Source: Selaginella moellendorffii
Taxonomy: Eukaryota; Plantae; Lycopodiophyta
Direction of reading: 5' to 3'
Assembly: GCF_000143415.4 (NCBI RefSeq)
Contig: NW_003314330.1
Location: 248,001-312,000 of the forward strand
DNA: 64,000 nucleotides
Shown here piece after piece: positions 23,401 to 35,221 of this stretch (position 1 is its first letter; the number at the start of each line of letters is the position of its first letter). The notes under the pieces were generated by a model. That model saw only the letters and a list, made by a program, of their open reading frames with translations. It ran no database searches and was not told the DNA's origin. The translations under genes and the position numbers were made by a program.

Positions 23401-24049
23401 TGTACTTAGTACAGCTGTTATTCTTCACATACATTTCCAGAGTTCTATCTTGTTGACATTTTATTTCTTTAGAATTATTGAATAGGATTTAGAATTTCTT
23501 TTAATTAATAATAATAAAATTCATAATGTTTAGAAACTTTAATGTTCTAATAATATCATTGTAAAAAAAAATTTAAGATATTATAAAAGATCCAAGTTTT
23601 GCACATATTTTTCTATCATTTATAATCTCATATTTAGTAGATACTTAAAATATGCTCTATTGATATGTCTTTAAAATTAATAAACATTAAATTCTATAGT
23701 AACTTTTCAGAGAGAAATATTGTTTAAAATATAAAATTACATAACAAGTATAAATTTTTACTAAAAAACTAAAAGTTATAGTACTTTTCTCTTTTATTAA
23801 GTATTATTTGGGATCAAACATAAGCCTCACTCTTGTAAATTGCATCACCACTTGGACTCAAATATCTACGAGATGAGTAGACAAATCTCTATTGTTTTCA
23901 AGAAAATTGATCCCAATATTTATGATAAATAATGTATGTGACTATTTTTTATAATTATAAACTTTAGAAATATATTTTAAAACTTTATACAGGATTTACA
24001 TATAAACTTTTAAGTATTTATTTTTGAAAAAGTTTATATATCTATTAAG

Positions 24050-24933
24050 ATGAAAGTATTTTTAATCATAAAATTTTATATTTTAATTTATTTGCATGTG
24101 AAATCTATTTCAATGAAAATTACTTATGGTGGTAGATATAATATAACAAAAAAGAGTGTTATATTAAGTTTAAATAGTATAAAACCAATGATAAATAAAA
24201 TTCCTTCTATAGATATACCAAAAGATCAAAGTATGAAACTTGAATTTACACTTAAAGATGATATACAAGGACCTAAGGAATGTGTTAATCAACTTTTGGT
24301 TTATAGTACTAATAGAAAAATGATTGATTTAACTTGTAGTGCAAAAATTGATGAATATAAACAAGATAATGGTGATAATATGAAAATAGATTTACTATCA
24401 TTTGCATATTCACGTTTTACATTCATCATTTTTCAGAGTAATAGCTGGTTATTATTGTATTGAGTGTTTTGGAAAAGTATTTCATAATCATGGATCTGAA
24501 AGTATAGATAAGTATAATTTAGATAACTTACATGATTGTAGGATTTATTTAACAACACTAATTAGCAATATGCCTTTTAATGTTTTAAAAGCATCTGAAT
24601 TTTTAATATCTCCAAATAGTAAAGCCCATTTATATTTACATCATAATTGTGTTTTAATTTTATATATTAAAAATACTATAAGATGGTATAAAGGATCTAA
24701 ATACTTTCAAAATTGCAAATTTAAAATACAAATGGATGGAAATATTGTTTTATATTCTGAAAAAAAGATGTAATATGGTCCCCAAATATTTATTGTAAGA
24801 AAAATTACTGTAAGATTAAAATTCACTTCAAAATGATTGCAATTTAGTATTATATGAATCTCATCAAAAAACATTTTCTGAGCATCCTATATTAAGAGTG
24901 TTGTGGGCTTCAAATACAAACCCATGTGATTAG
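24050..24933 (+). pseudogene. Second bulb-lectin-domain paralog, frameshifted
   Basis: Colinear with 20167-21072 (CVNQL.VYS, ISNMPFN, KIQMDGNIVLYS, LWASNTNPCD*); frameshift near 24765; apparent intron donor lost. Confidence 0.75.
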
Positions 24934-25512
24934 TTTATAATTATTATTTGGTATTTGCATAAATTCTTTAGTTTGCTTTCTTTGTTTTTAAATGTAATAA
25001 GTTCAGGTTTATTTAACAATCATAATTTAACATAAAAAGAAAGCAGTTCATACCATCCTCATGGTTTTCTCAATGACATTGGTCAAGAGTGGAGCTCCAT
25101 TTGCCAGAGTTTGAGCCAGCGAGCTTCATCACAGAAGCTCCATGGAGCTTCTGTCAGACGGACCATATCTCACATTATCAGTAACATAAAAGAAAAGGAA
25201 AAGAGAAAGTAACTATGATTGAATGATTGCTAACTAGAGAAGACTTGGTTGGAATTTTTACTTCAAGCTTGATGTCCAAGAAAATTAGCCTTATAGTAAG
25301 CTTGTCACAGGTCAAATGAGATCCATCATTTAGCATTAAGCAGGGGACCATGGTTTGGATCGTCATATGTGAATAAGTAATTATAATTCAGCTTTAGTCA
25401 ATCTACTCATATATAAAGAATTGTGCTGGCGAAAGAATAAGTGATTATAATTTCTGAGCTTTACAGTTTGAATGTGATGAGTAGTTTCCTTCTTTCTCAG
25501 TTTCTTCTTTTT

Positions 25513-28494
25513 TTAAGCTGCTGCTGCTGGCTGTATACTGCCTGGTAACGCATCTCGGCCATTTATCTCGTGCGATGTCACTGGGGTGTGACCTTCCACG
25601 AGATCCAAAGACCTCTCCGACGGTACGTGAAAGTCTCTCAGGATTTGCTCGTTCGCTAACCGAGCCGACTTGGTTTCCAGCACCACCAAGATGTGTCTTT
25701 CCAGCTCGAAACGCATGAATTCCTCTGTGCAGGCTGTGGTTTACCAATAAGTTTCAGTGATCAAAGGTAGAAACCACGAGGAACTTACAGTCGACCAATC
25801 TAGAGAACTGCCTCAAATTGCGAATTTTCTCCCCGTTGAAAGTCAGCACCTAAGATTCAAGGTTCTTAGTTTTGTCCAAACGAAGACAACACCAACGAGC
25901 CAACGCCTACCTCCACGTTCTGGAGATTTTCATAGCCTGCGTTGACAGGATGCGCCAGTACCTAGATAAAATGTTTTGACGTTTGTAGTTAAAAACTAAA
26001 AAATGTAGTGTTACCTGTGACATAACTATGACTTGCTGGTCTTCAAACTCCACCATGCCATTCCTCGCGATTTCTCTCAGCTTTCCCTGTTTGAAAGCAC
26101 ATCATTACGAGTAACTCGGCAATACATTACTTACCGATACTTCAGCTTCACCGAGGTCGCACTCCGACCTGGAAACAGCAGAAGTTTTTATTTTTTAAGC
26201 AGCTGCTTATACCGACGGAAGCTTACTCAAGGTAAGGAAAGCACAGTGGGACGAAGACGAGGCCCGCAACAATGAAATACGAAGGCATTTTAGATGCTAG
26301 GTGAACAGGAACCTGCACAGGACGAGTGAAGAGTACTGAAAGGTGTTAAGAAAGTTAGGTGCTCACCAGCCGAACAGGAGGTTTAAAAACTGTTTGGACT
26401 TTCAGTTCCTTCCCATCACGAAGAAGCTCTAATTCTGCTGTTTCGCCTGAGAATCTGCTAGCAAAACCTTGTAAAAAATGAGCAGCAAGGGAAAACGTAC
26501 AGACATACTTTTGAGTGACAAGAAACTCAAAATCGATTCGTTCCCCTGTCCGGAAAGAAACTGTTCCTTCGTTAGCTATAGGTACACCATCAAAACTTAA
26601 CAAAACATCGCCCTGTCAAAGAGAAAAGGTCAGAGTCCATTACAAATTACACATCACTTACAGCCTTCACGACGCTGGCAACGGGGGCAAGTGGCTCAAC
26701 TCTTCGAATAAGCACACCCTGAAACAAAGTTCAGATGCATATATACGGCCATCACATATACCTTCTGCCCACTTTTCATCTTTAACGAGGCTCGCATTGC
26801 TGAGTTTTCCAGCTTTTGCCACCAAACGGCTAATGATGGAAAGCCTGATTGCACCGAAAGAAAGTTTAGAACAATACTTTGAAAATGATGTACACTTGCC
26901 AGTGTATCTTCCGTTTTGTTCGAAGTCCTTCAAAAAATGAAATATTACAGCTGTGGGAATCACAAAACCAATGTTTTCTACATCCATATCCTTCAATGAC
27001 TGAAAAGTAAAACGAACTACGGTTGATTGCCACTCCACATAAAACAGAAAGAGAAACCTGAAAGGCGATTCCCACGCATTCACCCTCTTCGTTGAAGGCA
27101 GGACCTCCGCTGTTTCCTGGAAAACAATATAAACTTTAGAACCCTTACTTACAACCTCAAAGTTACCAGCATTGATGGCTGCGTCGATCTGGACCCCAAG
27201 TAGCTCAGATGCTCCATGTACATAAGACGTTACCTGAAAAGCCAGGCATTTTAACTTTTGATATAACTACCAAAACCTTCTTACTTCTATACGGGAAACC
27301 ACACCACTGGTCACTGATATGGTTTCACCACCCATTGGGTAGCCCACAACAATCACAGGATCCTAATATGCAGGTAGTCAGGAGATGGACTAAACTTTCA
27401 AAGGAACATTTGAAACCTGTAGCCTAGGCAAGCTTCCAAACTTTAAAGGCTCCACAGCTTCCCAAAACTCTTCGCTGTCAACCGTAAGGAGCGCCAAGTC
27501 GCAATCAGGGCCCTCAGCAAGAACCTGATGGAAAATGATCCCAATCGTTTTAAGAAAATTTAAGATGCGCACTCACCCTGGCAACAAACTTGGTATCGTC
27601 TCCACGCTTTTTTACTTGCACCTGTAAATTTTCAGTGAGAAGAGAAAACAATCAATTAGTAAGGCGTACTTGTGTGTGGTGCTCGACACAGTGTGCATTT
27701 GTCAGCAACCTTCGGCCAGATATGACGAAACCGCTGCAACAAGCAAACTATCAAAGTTAAGTTTTCCTTTCCAAGGTTTTCGGAGTACCTGCCAGTGCTC
27801 ATGAACTGCCGTTGCTTTTGCCAAGGAAGAGAATAATCTGGTTCAGAGTGAGTGCAGTACACCTGCGTAAGAGGAAGACTGCATGCTCAATTGTTATCCG
27901 CTGGGATGGCTTGGAGACGAATGAAAGAATAAAATGCCAGCACCTTTACAACGCCATCCAGACAGAGATTCTCTTCGATGTCGTCTTCGCCGTCATCGAG
28001 CTGTTAAAAAGATGCTCGTAAACTTTCGTGAAAGAAAGAAGAAATAAGAACACCGCAAACCTGGTAGAGATCTTCTAGCCAAACGCTCGTGTCTGAAGCC
28101 TCGAGAATGTCTAATCCTTTCTTTTCCCGCTCGTCATCTGAACCTTCGCTTTGGTCCTGCTCCACTTCGATAATGTTCTTCTTACGAGCCTCTACAACAA
28201 AAACTTTGGATGAACTCCTCTGGTTCAAGGAAAAAAAACCATGGTGAGTCATAGAAATAACAAGGGAAGGAAAGGTATCGTGAAACTTACAATGCGCTTA
28301 AGTCTAGTCCCATCCAATCTCGTTCCAGAGAAACCTGACGCCAAGCAATGCTTCCTCGCGCATTGCCTGTGACACAATCTACCGCTGCTGCTGCTGGCTC
28401 CCTGGCTCAACCTCAGCAGAGACGATGGAACAATAACCGGCAAACAAGCACGCACGGAATCCAATGCTGTGAAGGAAGCAGTCACGCAAGCCAT
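25513..28494 (-). CDS. DEG2: Deg/HtrA serine protease with PDZ domains, DEG2-like, with transit peptide
   Basis: [70 protein letters not shown]; many short introns. Confidence 0.88.
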
Positions 28495-28830
28495 CCTTCC
28501 GTGAAATCCAGCTCAATCTCTGGAGCTCAGACGCTGGCGTGTGGAATCGCCATTGCGAATTCGATTCCTACGCACTTACAGCGAGAGGAGATTGGAAGCC
28601 GCCGCATTCCAGCCGCATTGCGCATTGCCGCCAAGCCCTAGGGGCTTGCAAGAGCGAAATAGAGAATATTCATATCCATTATTCTTCCAGCAAAGGTAGA
28701 AAATTTAATCTAACCTTTGGTATAAACATCACTTAACGAAACAATCTCCACCACAGGTACACGATCATGTACCGTGTTGCTTTGATTTTGTTTCTAGTTC
28801 TTTGTTCTTTACGTATACATACCTTTGGTT

Positions 28831-30903
28831 TCAATCTTCGCAAAGGCTGTGGAATCCCATGTATTCCCCTGCGATGTATCTTCTAATGTCCGCGAAGCCT
28901 CCAATGATTCCTGAAAATTGTTCGTGGCACAGTCAGTTTTTTGACAGTTTGATCGAGGATTTCCACAAACCCAGAATGATGGCACTTGATCCGATTATGG
29001 CCGCCAGGATAAAGATGATGAACGAAGTTCTTCCGTATCTCCGGATGAACAGTTTGGTTGCGTGGAGGCCAACCAACGCTGCGATGCCGCATAGCGTGGT
29101 GAAATATGCAGCTGCCAGTGAAAGGAGGTGGTGTTTCGTTAGAAGACGAGAACAAAGATTGTCGCGTACCAAATCTGACTGGAAGTCTTCCCAGAAGATA
29201 GAACTCTACAACGGACATGGATGAGGAGAAGACAACGATAAACGTCGTGGTTGCGGACGTAACCTGCGAAAAGAGAAAAGGAATCCAAGCTCTGGTAAGA
29301 CTCTCGAGTCTTTGGGAAAGTTGTCATACCTGTGGGATTATGCCGAGTTCCAGAAACAATGGCGCCAGTATCATCCCCCCTCCAATGCCTAGCAGCCCGC
29401 CAACGACACCGGCGAGTACCGCATAAAGAGGATACAAAAAGAGCTGCTCGCAAGTTGGACCCGAAGCTGGCTTTTCTTTCCCGAAATCTCCTCGTCTGTA
29501 AATCCTCCACACTCCAATTGCGGTTGCTCCGATTGAAACTGGGGCCTGTGTTTTCACAAGCAAAAGTTGAGAAAATGCCACAGAGAAAGATACTTACTTG
29601 GAGGACAGTCAGAATCCAATAAAGACGTCCACATGTCGCGGCACCAGACTACAAAATGAGACCAGTCATGCTCAATCATACACAAAAGAGAAATCAAGTA
29701 CCTTCAGCAATTGCAGAATGAGATAGACCGTCCACACAGTACAAAGGAGACAGATGTTGGCCCACTTGATCGAAGATGGTAAGCCTTCCTGCTTGAAAAA
29801 TATATCCACATCATCAGGACAACATTTTTTAACAGTGCGATGCTTACTGGAGCACATTGCTCGGACTTCGCTAGCAGACCCTGCTCCAAAGATGACGATG
29901 GCTCCGTCCGGGAATTTGAGACAAAACCTACACAGGCATGGGCAAGTTGTCATAAACAAATGAGTCGTGCGCTACCTTCTTCCCCGGTGTCACAACAGTG
30001 GGCCTAGCAACAGAAACACGACTTTGTTCATTTTTGTCTACGCCAAAAGAATAGGAGCAAACCTTTTGCTCAGATTCCGTGCTCCAGGTACATGCACCTT
30101 TGTTGAACGTTTTGAATGCCATACCTGCAAAAAACAACCAGTGGGAGCGGCTCATATTGTGCTTGCTCTAGAACGAAGCATGAAATAAAATCATGGAGGA
30201 AAGAAAAAAAGTCGTGCTTACCAGTAAGAACAGCGACGAGCAGAACTGTGAGGATCCAGTCCGGGAACATCACATTGCACATAACTCCGATGCTAATTCC
30301 CAGTAAAAGCATGGGCTGTATGAGAAGCGCAAGGTCGTAGTCTATGAGCGGCTTGTCAAGCACGGGATGCTTGGATGGTAAGTTGTAGAGAGCTGAAGCA
30401 ACAGCACCGCCCATAATCATCGCTGCACCAAGCAGCAAATGTAAAAAGGAAGAGACTTTCACCTTCGAACGAAGGATAGACAAGAACAAAAGGAAAACTC
30501 TACTCACATTTCGATAGAGCTGCCGAGGTCTTCACATCGAATCCAATCAAGAGCCGAAACAAGGGAACGAAGAGGCCGCCACCGCCGACGCCGGCCGCGT
30601 TTGCAAACATCGCTCCAAGAAACGCCACGACAGAGCCTAGTACCATTCTCCAGTTGAGAGAAAACGCCTTGCGACAGCCAAGGACGAGTCTGAGAGCTTC
30701 CATAGAAAAGCTGGATCGAAATGCGGTGAAATCGCGCTTACCGGCCAAGATCGCGAGGCAGGGAACATCGCTTCCAGCTTGTGCGCGGTATTCTCGACCC
30801 AGCTTGCCTCGGACGAGCGCTCCCGCTGCGCCGCCGCCGCCATCGCCACGAAATATAGCAGCGGCATCAAAGCCCCAAGCGCCCGCGGGCGCAGCGCCGC
30901 CAT
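28831..30903 (-). CDS. Sulfite exporter TauE/SafE family membrane protein
   Basis: AAGVGGGGLFVP, PLIDYDLALLIQPMLLLGISIGV, GGLLGIGGGMILAPLFLELGIIPQV; ends MGFHSLCED*. Confidence 0.9.
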
Positions 30904-31176
30904 GATCGATCCACTCGCAGCGATTGACGAACTAGGGATTGATCGATCGCGGGCGCTTTTCCTGGACAAGAAAACTCCAAGGAAACAATTGTGACACCCT
31001 CATTACATCAGTAATAGTTTATTTGATGACGTAAAGCATATTCATACGGAATATTCTTTAGGGCTAGCAGCCAAGAGAGTTTGCCCTAGGTTGCGCCAAG
31101 AGCGTTTGCCCTAGGTTCTTTGCGAGGAGCTGCGCCGCGATCTTTTTGCAAGGTACTGTCTGGAGATCTAGCAGCA

Positions 31177-32847
31177 ATGCCGGCGCCAGTGCTGGTTCTC
31201 AATGAATCGACCAAGCGCGAGACGGGGAGCAAGGTCTACCACGCCAACATCCAGGCGTCCAAGGCCGTGGCGGACATCATCCGGACGACTCTGGGCCCAA
31301 GATCCATGCTCAAGATGCTGCTGGACGCCTCGGGGGGGATCGTGCTCACCAACGATGGAAATGCGATCCTCCGGGAGCTGGACGTGGCTCACCCGGCCGC
31401 CAAGATGATGCTGGAGCTCAGCCGGACGCAGGACGAGGAGGTGGGCGATGGCACCACCTCGGTCATCATCCTCGCCGGGGAGATGCTCTACGTCGCGGAG
31501 CCTTTCCTGGAGAAGCTCTTCCACCCCACCGTGATCTGCCGCGCCTTCGCCAAAGCTCTCGAGGACTCGCTGGCGGTGCTCGAACAGGTTGCGTTCCCGA
31601 TCGACGTGAGCGACCGGGAAATGCTGCTCAACATCGTCCGGAGCTGCATTGGGACCAAGTTCACGAGCCGGTTTGGAACTCTCATCGCGGACCTGGCCAT
31701 CGACTCGGTCAACATGGTGGCGATCGATCTCGGCAATGGTCTCAAGGAGATCGACGTGAAGAAGTACATCAAGGTGGAGAAGATCCCCGGCGGCCAGCTC
31801 GAGGAATCGAAAGTTCTCAAGGGCGTCATGTTTAACAAGGACGTGGTGGCTCCTGGCAAGATGCGACGACGCATCGTGAGCCCCCGGATCGTTCTCCTCG
31901 ACTGCCCGATCGAGTACAAGAAAGGCGAGAACATGACCAACGCGGAGCTGATGAACGAGGAGGACTGGAGCACGCTGCTCAAGCTGGAGGAGGAGTACAT
32001 CCAGACGATGTGCTCGCAGATCGTCAAGTTCAAGCCGGACGTGGTGATCACGGAGAAGGGCCTGAGCGATCTGGCGTCTCACTACTTCAGCAAGGCGGGA
32101 GTGAGCGCCATCAGGAGGATCCGAAAGACGGACAACAACAGGATCGCGCGGGCCTGCGGAGCCACCATTGTCAACCGGCCGGAAGAACTCCAGGAGAGCG
32201 ATGTTGGGACCGGGGCCGGGCTCTTCGAGGTCCAGAAGATTGGCGACGAGTTCTTCACCTTCATCACCGACTGCAAGGATCCAAAGGCGTGCACGATCCT
32301 TCTCCGTGGCGCGAGCAAGGACGTGCTCAACGAAGTGGAGAGGAACCTCCACGACGCGATGGGAGTCGCCAGGAACGTCATCCGGGACGCAAAGCTCCTC
32401 CCGGGCGGAGGAGCCACCGAGATGGTGGTGTCGGCCGCGCTCAAGAAGAAGGCGTCGTCCATCGAGGGCGTGGAGCAGTGGCCTTACAAGGCGGCGGCAC
32501 AGGCTTTCGAGGTGATCCCACGGACTTTGGCACAGAACTGCGGTGTCAACGTGATCCGGACGATGACGGCTCTCCAGGCCAAGCACGCCGACGAGAACAA
32601 CGCCAACGTCGGGATCGAGGGCCACACCGGGAAGATCACGGACATGAAAGAGGCAGGAGTTTGGGACTCGTTTGGTGTCAAGGCTCAGACGTTTAAGACG
32701 GCGATCGAGGCTGCTTGCATGCTTCTCAGGATTGACGACATTGTGAGTGGCATCAAGAAGAAACAGACTGGGCCGAAAGCCAAGACGCCAAAGACTCAGA
32801 TCGAGGATGACAAGGATGTGGATAGTGAGCAAGCTATTCCAGAGTGA
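31177..32847 (+). CDS. CCT3: T-complex protein 1 subunit gamma (chaperonin), intronless
   Basis: RTTLGPRSMLKMLLD, QDEEVGDGTTSV, KVEKIPGG, YKKGE, LLRIDDIVSG; one continuous ORF. Confidence 0.97.
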   Translation: MPAPVLVLNESTKRETGSKVYHANIQASKAVADIIRTTLGPRSMLKMLLDASGGIVLTNDGNAILRELDVAHPAAKMMLELSRTQDEEVGDGTTSVIILAGEMLYVAEPFLEKLFHPTVICRAFAKALEDSLAVLEQVAFPIDVSDREMLLNIVRSCIGTKFTSRFGTLIADLAIDSVNMVAIDLGNGLKEIDVKKYIKVEKIPGGQLEESKVLKGVMFNKDVVAPGKMRRRIVSPRIVLLDCPIEYKKGENMTNAELMNEEDWSTLLKLEEEYIQTMCSQIVKFKPDVVITEKGLSDLASHYFSKAGVSAIRRIRKTDNNRIARACGATIVNRPEELQESDVGTGAGLFEVQKIGDEFFTFITDCKDPKACTILLRGASKDVLNEVERNLHDAMGVARNVIRDAKLLPGGGATEMVVSAALKKKASSIEGVEQWPYKAAAQAFEVIPRTLAQNCGVNVIRTMTALQAKHADENNANVGIEGHTGKITDMKEAGVWDSFGVKAQTFKTAIEAACMLLRIDDIVSGIKKKQTGPKAKTPKTQIEDDKDVDSEQAIPE

Positions 32848-34111
32848 AAAGAAGTTTACGTAATTTTACTCTCTTTTTTTTTCATTTCTTTTTTTCCTTT
32901 TTCCCAGTTTCCAGTTTAGCTTGTGTTTAAAATCTTAAAATTACATGGCCTCCCAACAGACATTGCCTACCAGGTTGAGAAAGTATTTTTGATCCACGTA
33001 TTATCAATACAAGATTGCCTTCTGCAGGATCTCTTGCTGGATCTCTAGGGCAACATCGGGATCCATTCAGCTGTTCCACCACCATCTATGAAATTCACTA
33101 TCTGCACATACAGCAAGAATTAAGAATATTTCATGATATCCTTACCATTATTGTCTATACCAAGTGATTTGCCCAATATCCTTTTAGATCAAAGGTATAA
33201 GATGACTCCTAACAATTGCTCTAGCCATGCTGTGTATTTTCTTCTACCATACATTTTGTCATTCTAGCCTTAAACTTGCACATAGAATTTAACAAATTTT
33301 TACAATTAATTGTATGTTTAATTTCGATAAATTGTAAATTTAACATTTGAGTCCAAGAATTAAGAGAATAAACAACATACTTTGAGTTGAAAAGAATTTT
33401 TAAACATTGAAAGCATAAATATACATATATTACTTAGGATTCTTTCTCTTTTTGAAGTGTTGATATAAAGCTTAATCACCTTTGTCAAAAAAGCTCGTCT
33501 TAGGCAGAAAACACAATGTGGCTATTCACAGATTGAGCCAAATGAATTCGCAAAAGCAAGCACAATAGCACACCTTAGCCCATTTAAAACTGAACATTAT
33601 TTTGGCTAAAGCTGGCAATCTTGTTTACTGTCCCACTACCAAGCAATGCCCATTAGTTCAAAGACTTATCTTAAGTTTTTATGGAGATTGACACATGCAT
33701 TTGGAATGTGATCACCAGATTTGTTCAGAACTCTCTTTGCAGAGCCAGCACCTCAATGTGTATTTATATAGTTAAAATTAAGTTCATTTACTCCACGCCA
33801 CAACAGCTCCATTTAAAGATTGAGAGTGATCCCTATCCTCAGCAGGGATTTAAGATAGAGGGAACGAACAACAATTTCCCAATTTGATTCTTGCCTATAT
33901 GTGTAAAATTTCCTTATCATCTCACAACAGCAAATGGCAAGTGGCGTGAACAGCTTGGCGGAGACAAAACTTATTATGGTCCCAATCTGACAATTGTTAT
34001 TCGCTGGCTCCTCCTTATTATTAGATTCATTGTTTAAGGTGAACTGTGCGAATTCCATAATATAAAGAACCTTTCATACAATAGTTTCTAGTGAAAGGGC
34101 TAGTGAAAGAA

Positions 34112-35221
34112 ATGGAAGATGCCTTGGCTGAAAGATTGTCTCGAGTTAGCAAGTTTGATTTGCCTTCCATCCCTTGCAGCATTCCCTTGGAATGTCATCC
34201 TGAATTCACTCGGATATCTGAAGTTACTGATGCATGGGCTATTAGAATGTTGGGTATCACTGATCCATATGAGAGAAAGAAAGCTATTCAGGCAAGATTC
34301 GGTTTGCTCACCGCACTAGCTACACCTAGGGGAGAGAGCAGTAAACTCGAGGTTGCATCAAAGCATTTCTGGACTTTTTTCGTTCTAGATGACATTGCCG
34401 AGACAGACTTCGGTGAGGAAGAGGGGCAAAAAGCTGCTGATATTTTGCTTGAAGTTGCTGAGGGAAGCTATGTTTTTAGTGAAAAAGAAAAGCAGAAGAA
34501 TCCGAGCTATGCCATGTTTGAGGAGGTGATGTCGAGCTTCCGCAGTCTCATGGATCCCCCACTGTTTGCTCGCTACATGACTTGTCTAAAAAACTTTCTG
34601 GATTCTGTGGTGGAGGAGGCCTCTTTGCGATTTGCCAGATCCATTCCAAGCCTTGAGAAATACCAGCTGCTCCGGAGAGAGACGGTCTTTGTTGAAGCGT
34701 CCGGAGGTATTATGTGTGAGTTTTGCATGGATCTCAAGCTGGATAAGGGTGTGGTTGAATCCCCAGAATTCGTAGCCTTTGTCAAGGCAGTGGTTGATCA
34801 CGCCGCCCTTGTCAATGATCTCCTTTCCTTCCGATACGAGCTGAAAATCAAGTGCTTCCACAACTATCTCTGTGTCATCTTTTTCCACAGCCCGGATAAT
34901 GCAAGTTTTCAAGAGACTGTCGACAAGGTATGCAAAATGATCCAGGAGACCGAAGCTGAGATTTTGCAACTCCAAAAGAAGGTGATGAAGATGGGCGTGG
35001 AAACTGGGAACAAAGATCTAGTGGAGTACGCAACATGGTATCCTTGTTTTGCATCTGGACACCTTCGCTGGTCGTATGTCACAGGACGCTACCATGGACT
35101 TGACAATCCACTGCTGAATGGTGAACCATTCCATGGGACCTGGTTTTTACATCCAGAAGTCACTCTCATGTTGCCATTTGGAGCCAAATGTGGTGATCAT
35201 CCATGGATTGCAAGAAGCTAG
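34112..35221 (+). CDS. MTPSL: Microbial terpene synthase-like protein (class I, single alpha domain), intronless
   Basis: LDDIAET (DDxxD-like), RRET effector arginine, NDLLSFRYE (NSE/DTE), WSYVTGRY (WxxxxxRY); about 370 aa. Confidence 0.92.
   Translation: MEDALAERLSRVSKFDLPSIPCSIPLECHPEFTRISEVTDAWAIRMLGITDPYERKKAIQARFGLLTALATPRGESSKLEVASKHFWTFFVLDDIAETDFGEEEGQKAADILLEVAEGSYVFSEKEKQKNPSYAMFEEVMSSFRSLMDPPLFARYMTCLKNFLDSVVEEASLRFARSIPSLEKYQLLRRETVFVEASGGIMCEFCMDLKLDKGVVESPEFVAFVKAVVDHAALVNDLLSFRYELKIKCFHNYLCVIFFHSPDNASFQETVDKVCKMIQETEAEILQLQKKVMKMGVETGNKDLVEYATWYPCFASGHLRWSYVTGRYHGLDNPLLNGEPFHGTWFLHPEVTLMLPFGAKCGDHPWIARS

Noticed and set aside
31168-32832. 554-aa antisense ORF over CCT3
   Set aside because: Expected by-product of strong GC3 bias on the sense strand; no recognisable motifs.
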